This document shows, piece by piece, positions 45,053-45,998 of a DNA stretch of 45,998 nt. The notes under the pieces were generated by a model that was not told where the DNA came from, did no database searches, and worked only from the letters and a program-made list of their open reading frames with translations. The stretch covers positions 1-45,998 of the forward strand of contig DATBKQ010000123.1 in the NCBI GenBank assembly GCA_036555825.1, read 5' to 3'. Both the position numbers and the translations under genes were made by a program. Every line of letters begins with the position of its first letter. Positions within the stretch are counted from its first letter, which is position 1. This DNA is from Acetobacteraceae bacterium (GTDB taxonomy: Bacteria > Pseudomonadota > Alphaproteobacteria > Acetobacterales > Acetobacteraceae).

Positions 45053-45998
45053 TGAAGTTCCTGCGCGAATCGATCCTGACCGCGGTCTTGATCGGCATCC
45101 CGGTCACCGCCCTCGCCCAGACACAGGCCGGCGCGCCTGTCGCCGTCGCCACCGACCGGACGCCTCTCTTGCTCGAGTCGGGGACCGGCAAGGTGCTCAC
45201 CCTGCACGCGCCTGCCGCCAACGTATTCGTGGCCGACCCGAAGGTCGCCGAGGTGCGTCCCGCCAGCGCCGCCAGCCTGTTCGTGTTCGGCGTTGCCCCG
45301 GGCCACACCACCGTCGCTGCCCTGGACAGCAACGGTCAGAGCATTGCGCAGTACGACGTGACCGTGCAGCCCTCGGCGTTCGGCGCCAGGCAGACCCAGG
45401 CGATGATCGCGCGGCTGGTTCAGGGAAGCCATGTCCAGGTTCAGCCGCAGGCAAAGGGGCTGTTGCTCAGCGGTGTAGTGGGAAGCGCCACCGACGCCGC
45501 CCAGGCCGTCGCGATCGCCAAAGGCTTTGCCGACGGCCAGAACGTGGAAAGCCAGATCAACATCGCCGCGCCGATCCAGGTCACGTTGCGGGTGCGCATC
45601 GCCGAGGTCTCGCGCGAGGTGATCCGCAATCTCGGGATCAACTGGCAGGCGCTCGGCACGATCGGCAGCATCGGCAAGCTGCCGGCGCTGACATTCACCG
45701 CGAACGGGCTGAGTGCAGTGAACTGCGCGGCCGGCGCGTTATTCAGCATCGCGTGCCAGGGCGCGAACTTCAACGGTGTGATCGACGCGCTCGCGCAGGA
45801 CAATCTCGCGCGCATCCTCGCCGAGCCCAATCTGACGGTGATGAGCGGCCAACCGGCGAGTTTCCTGGTCGGCGGCCAGTTTCCCATTCCCGTGCCGCAG
45901 CAGAACAACACGATCACGATCGACTACAAGAACTTCGGCGTTTCGCTGTCGTTCGTGCCCACCGTGTTCAGCGACGGCCGCATCAACCTGCATGTCGC
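45052..45998 (+). CDS. cpaC: Flp pilus secretin CpaC/RcpA, 3' end outside window
   Basis: Not in the ORF track because no stop is reached. My translation: MKFLRESILTAVLIGIPVTALAQ... ANVFVADPKVAEVRPASAASLFVFGVAPGHTTV (pilus-formation N domain) ... LAEPNLTVMSGQPASFLVGGQFPIPV (secretin domain). ATG overlaps the cpaB TGA. Confidence 0.85.
   Translation, partial: MKFLRESILTAVLIGIPVTALAQTQAGAPVAVATDRTPLLLESGTGKVLTLHAPAANVFVADPKVAEVRPASAASLFVFGVAPGHTTVAALDSNGQSIAQYDVTVQPSAFGARQTQAMIARLVQGSHVQVQPQAKGLLLSGVVGSATDAAQAVAIAKGFADGQNVESQINIAAPIQVTLRVRIAEVSREVIRNLGINWQALGTIGSIGKLPALTFTANGLSAVNCAAGALFSIACQGANFNGVIDALAQDNLARILAEPNLTVMSGQPASFLVGGQFPIPVPQQNNTITIDYKNFGVSLSFVPTVFSDGRINLHV

Overview
High-GC, densely coding chromosomal window with strong GC3 bias, typical of an alphaproteobacterium (Rhodospirillales/Rhizobiales style). 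I support about 45 protein genes. I saw no rRNA, tRNA, CRISPR array, transposase or integrase. All family names come from reading the translations and recalling conserved motifs; no search was run.

Gene order:
- 1-4464: carbohydrate-type ABC importer (binding protein, two permeases, ATPase) translationally coupled to a GH63-like glucosyl/mannosylglycerate-hydrolase-like enzyme.
- ~4490-4886: decayed fragment of a LivK-type binding-protein gene.
- 5019-8131, minus strand: HoxN/NixA-type Ni/Co permease followed by an orphan B12-binding (class B) radical SAM gene. The radical SAM gene is bracketed by two copies of a 27-nt palindromic repeat.
- 8248-10978: phnD-phnE-phnE phosphonate-type importer with no ATPase gene.
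- 10982-15956, minus strand: one tightly packed gene string: DUF1285, CoA-pyrophosphatase-type NUDIX, small membrane protein, CCA-adding enzyme, then two accessory genes (a 485-aa internally duplicated GT-A-like protein and a secreted dienelactone-hydrolase-type esterase).
- 16075-22865: four overlapping or closely spaced genes: MoxR AAA+, DUF58, double-TM/DUF4159 protein, TM plus vWA-like protein.
- 23022-27530: Tat-exported HAD hydrolase, Na+/H+ antiporter, TPR plus GT9-like protein.
- 27466-36618: N,N-dimethylformamidase-large-subunit-like protein coupled to an alkaline-phosphatase-superfamily enzyme, divergent from a five-gene Dpp/Opp-type ABC importer. That importer operon is interrupted by a 133-bp nested palindromic element.
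- 36782 to window end: unusually organised Tad/Flp pilus locus. It contains an orphan LuxR-type regulator, tadG-tadE-tadE on the minus strand, then a CtrA-like regulator with a degenerate receiver pocket, a lytic transglycosylase, a GT87/DUF2029 membrane glycosyltransferase, flp, cpaA, cpaB and cpaC (3'-truncated).

The Tad region is the most interesting candidate for undescribed biology: a CtrA paralogue, a near-consensus CtrA box upstream of flp, and a GT-C enzyme next to flp. Secondary candidates are the repeat-bracketed B12-radical-SAM gene, the duplicated GT-A-like protein with its esterase, and the DMFase-like/phosphodiesterase pair.
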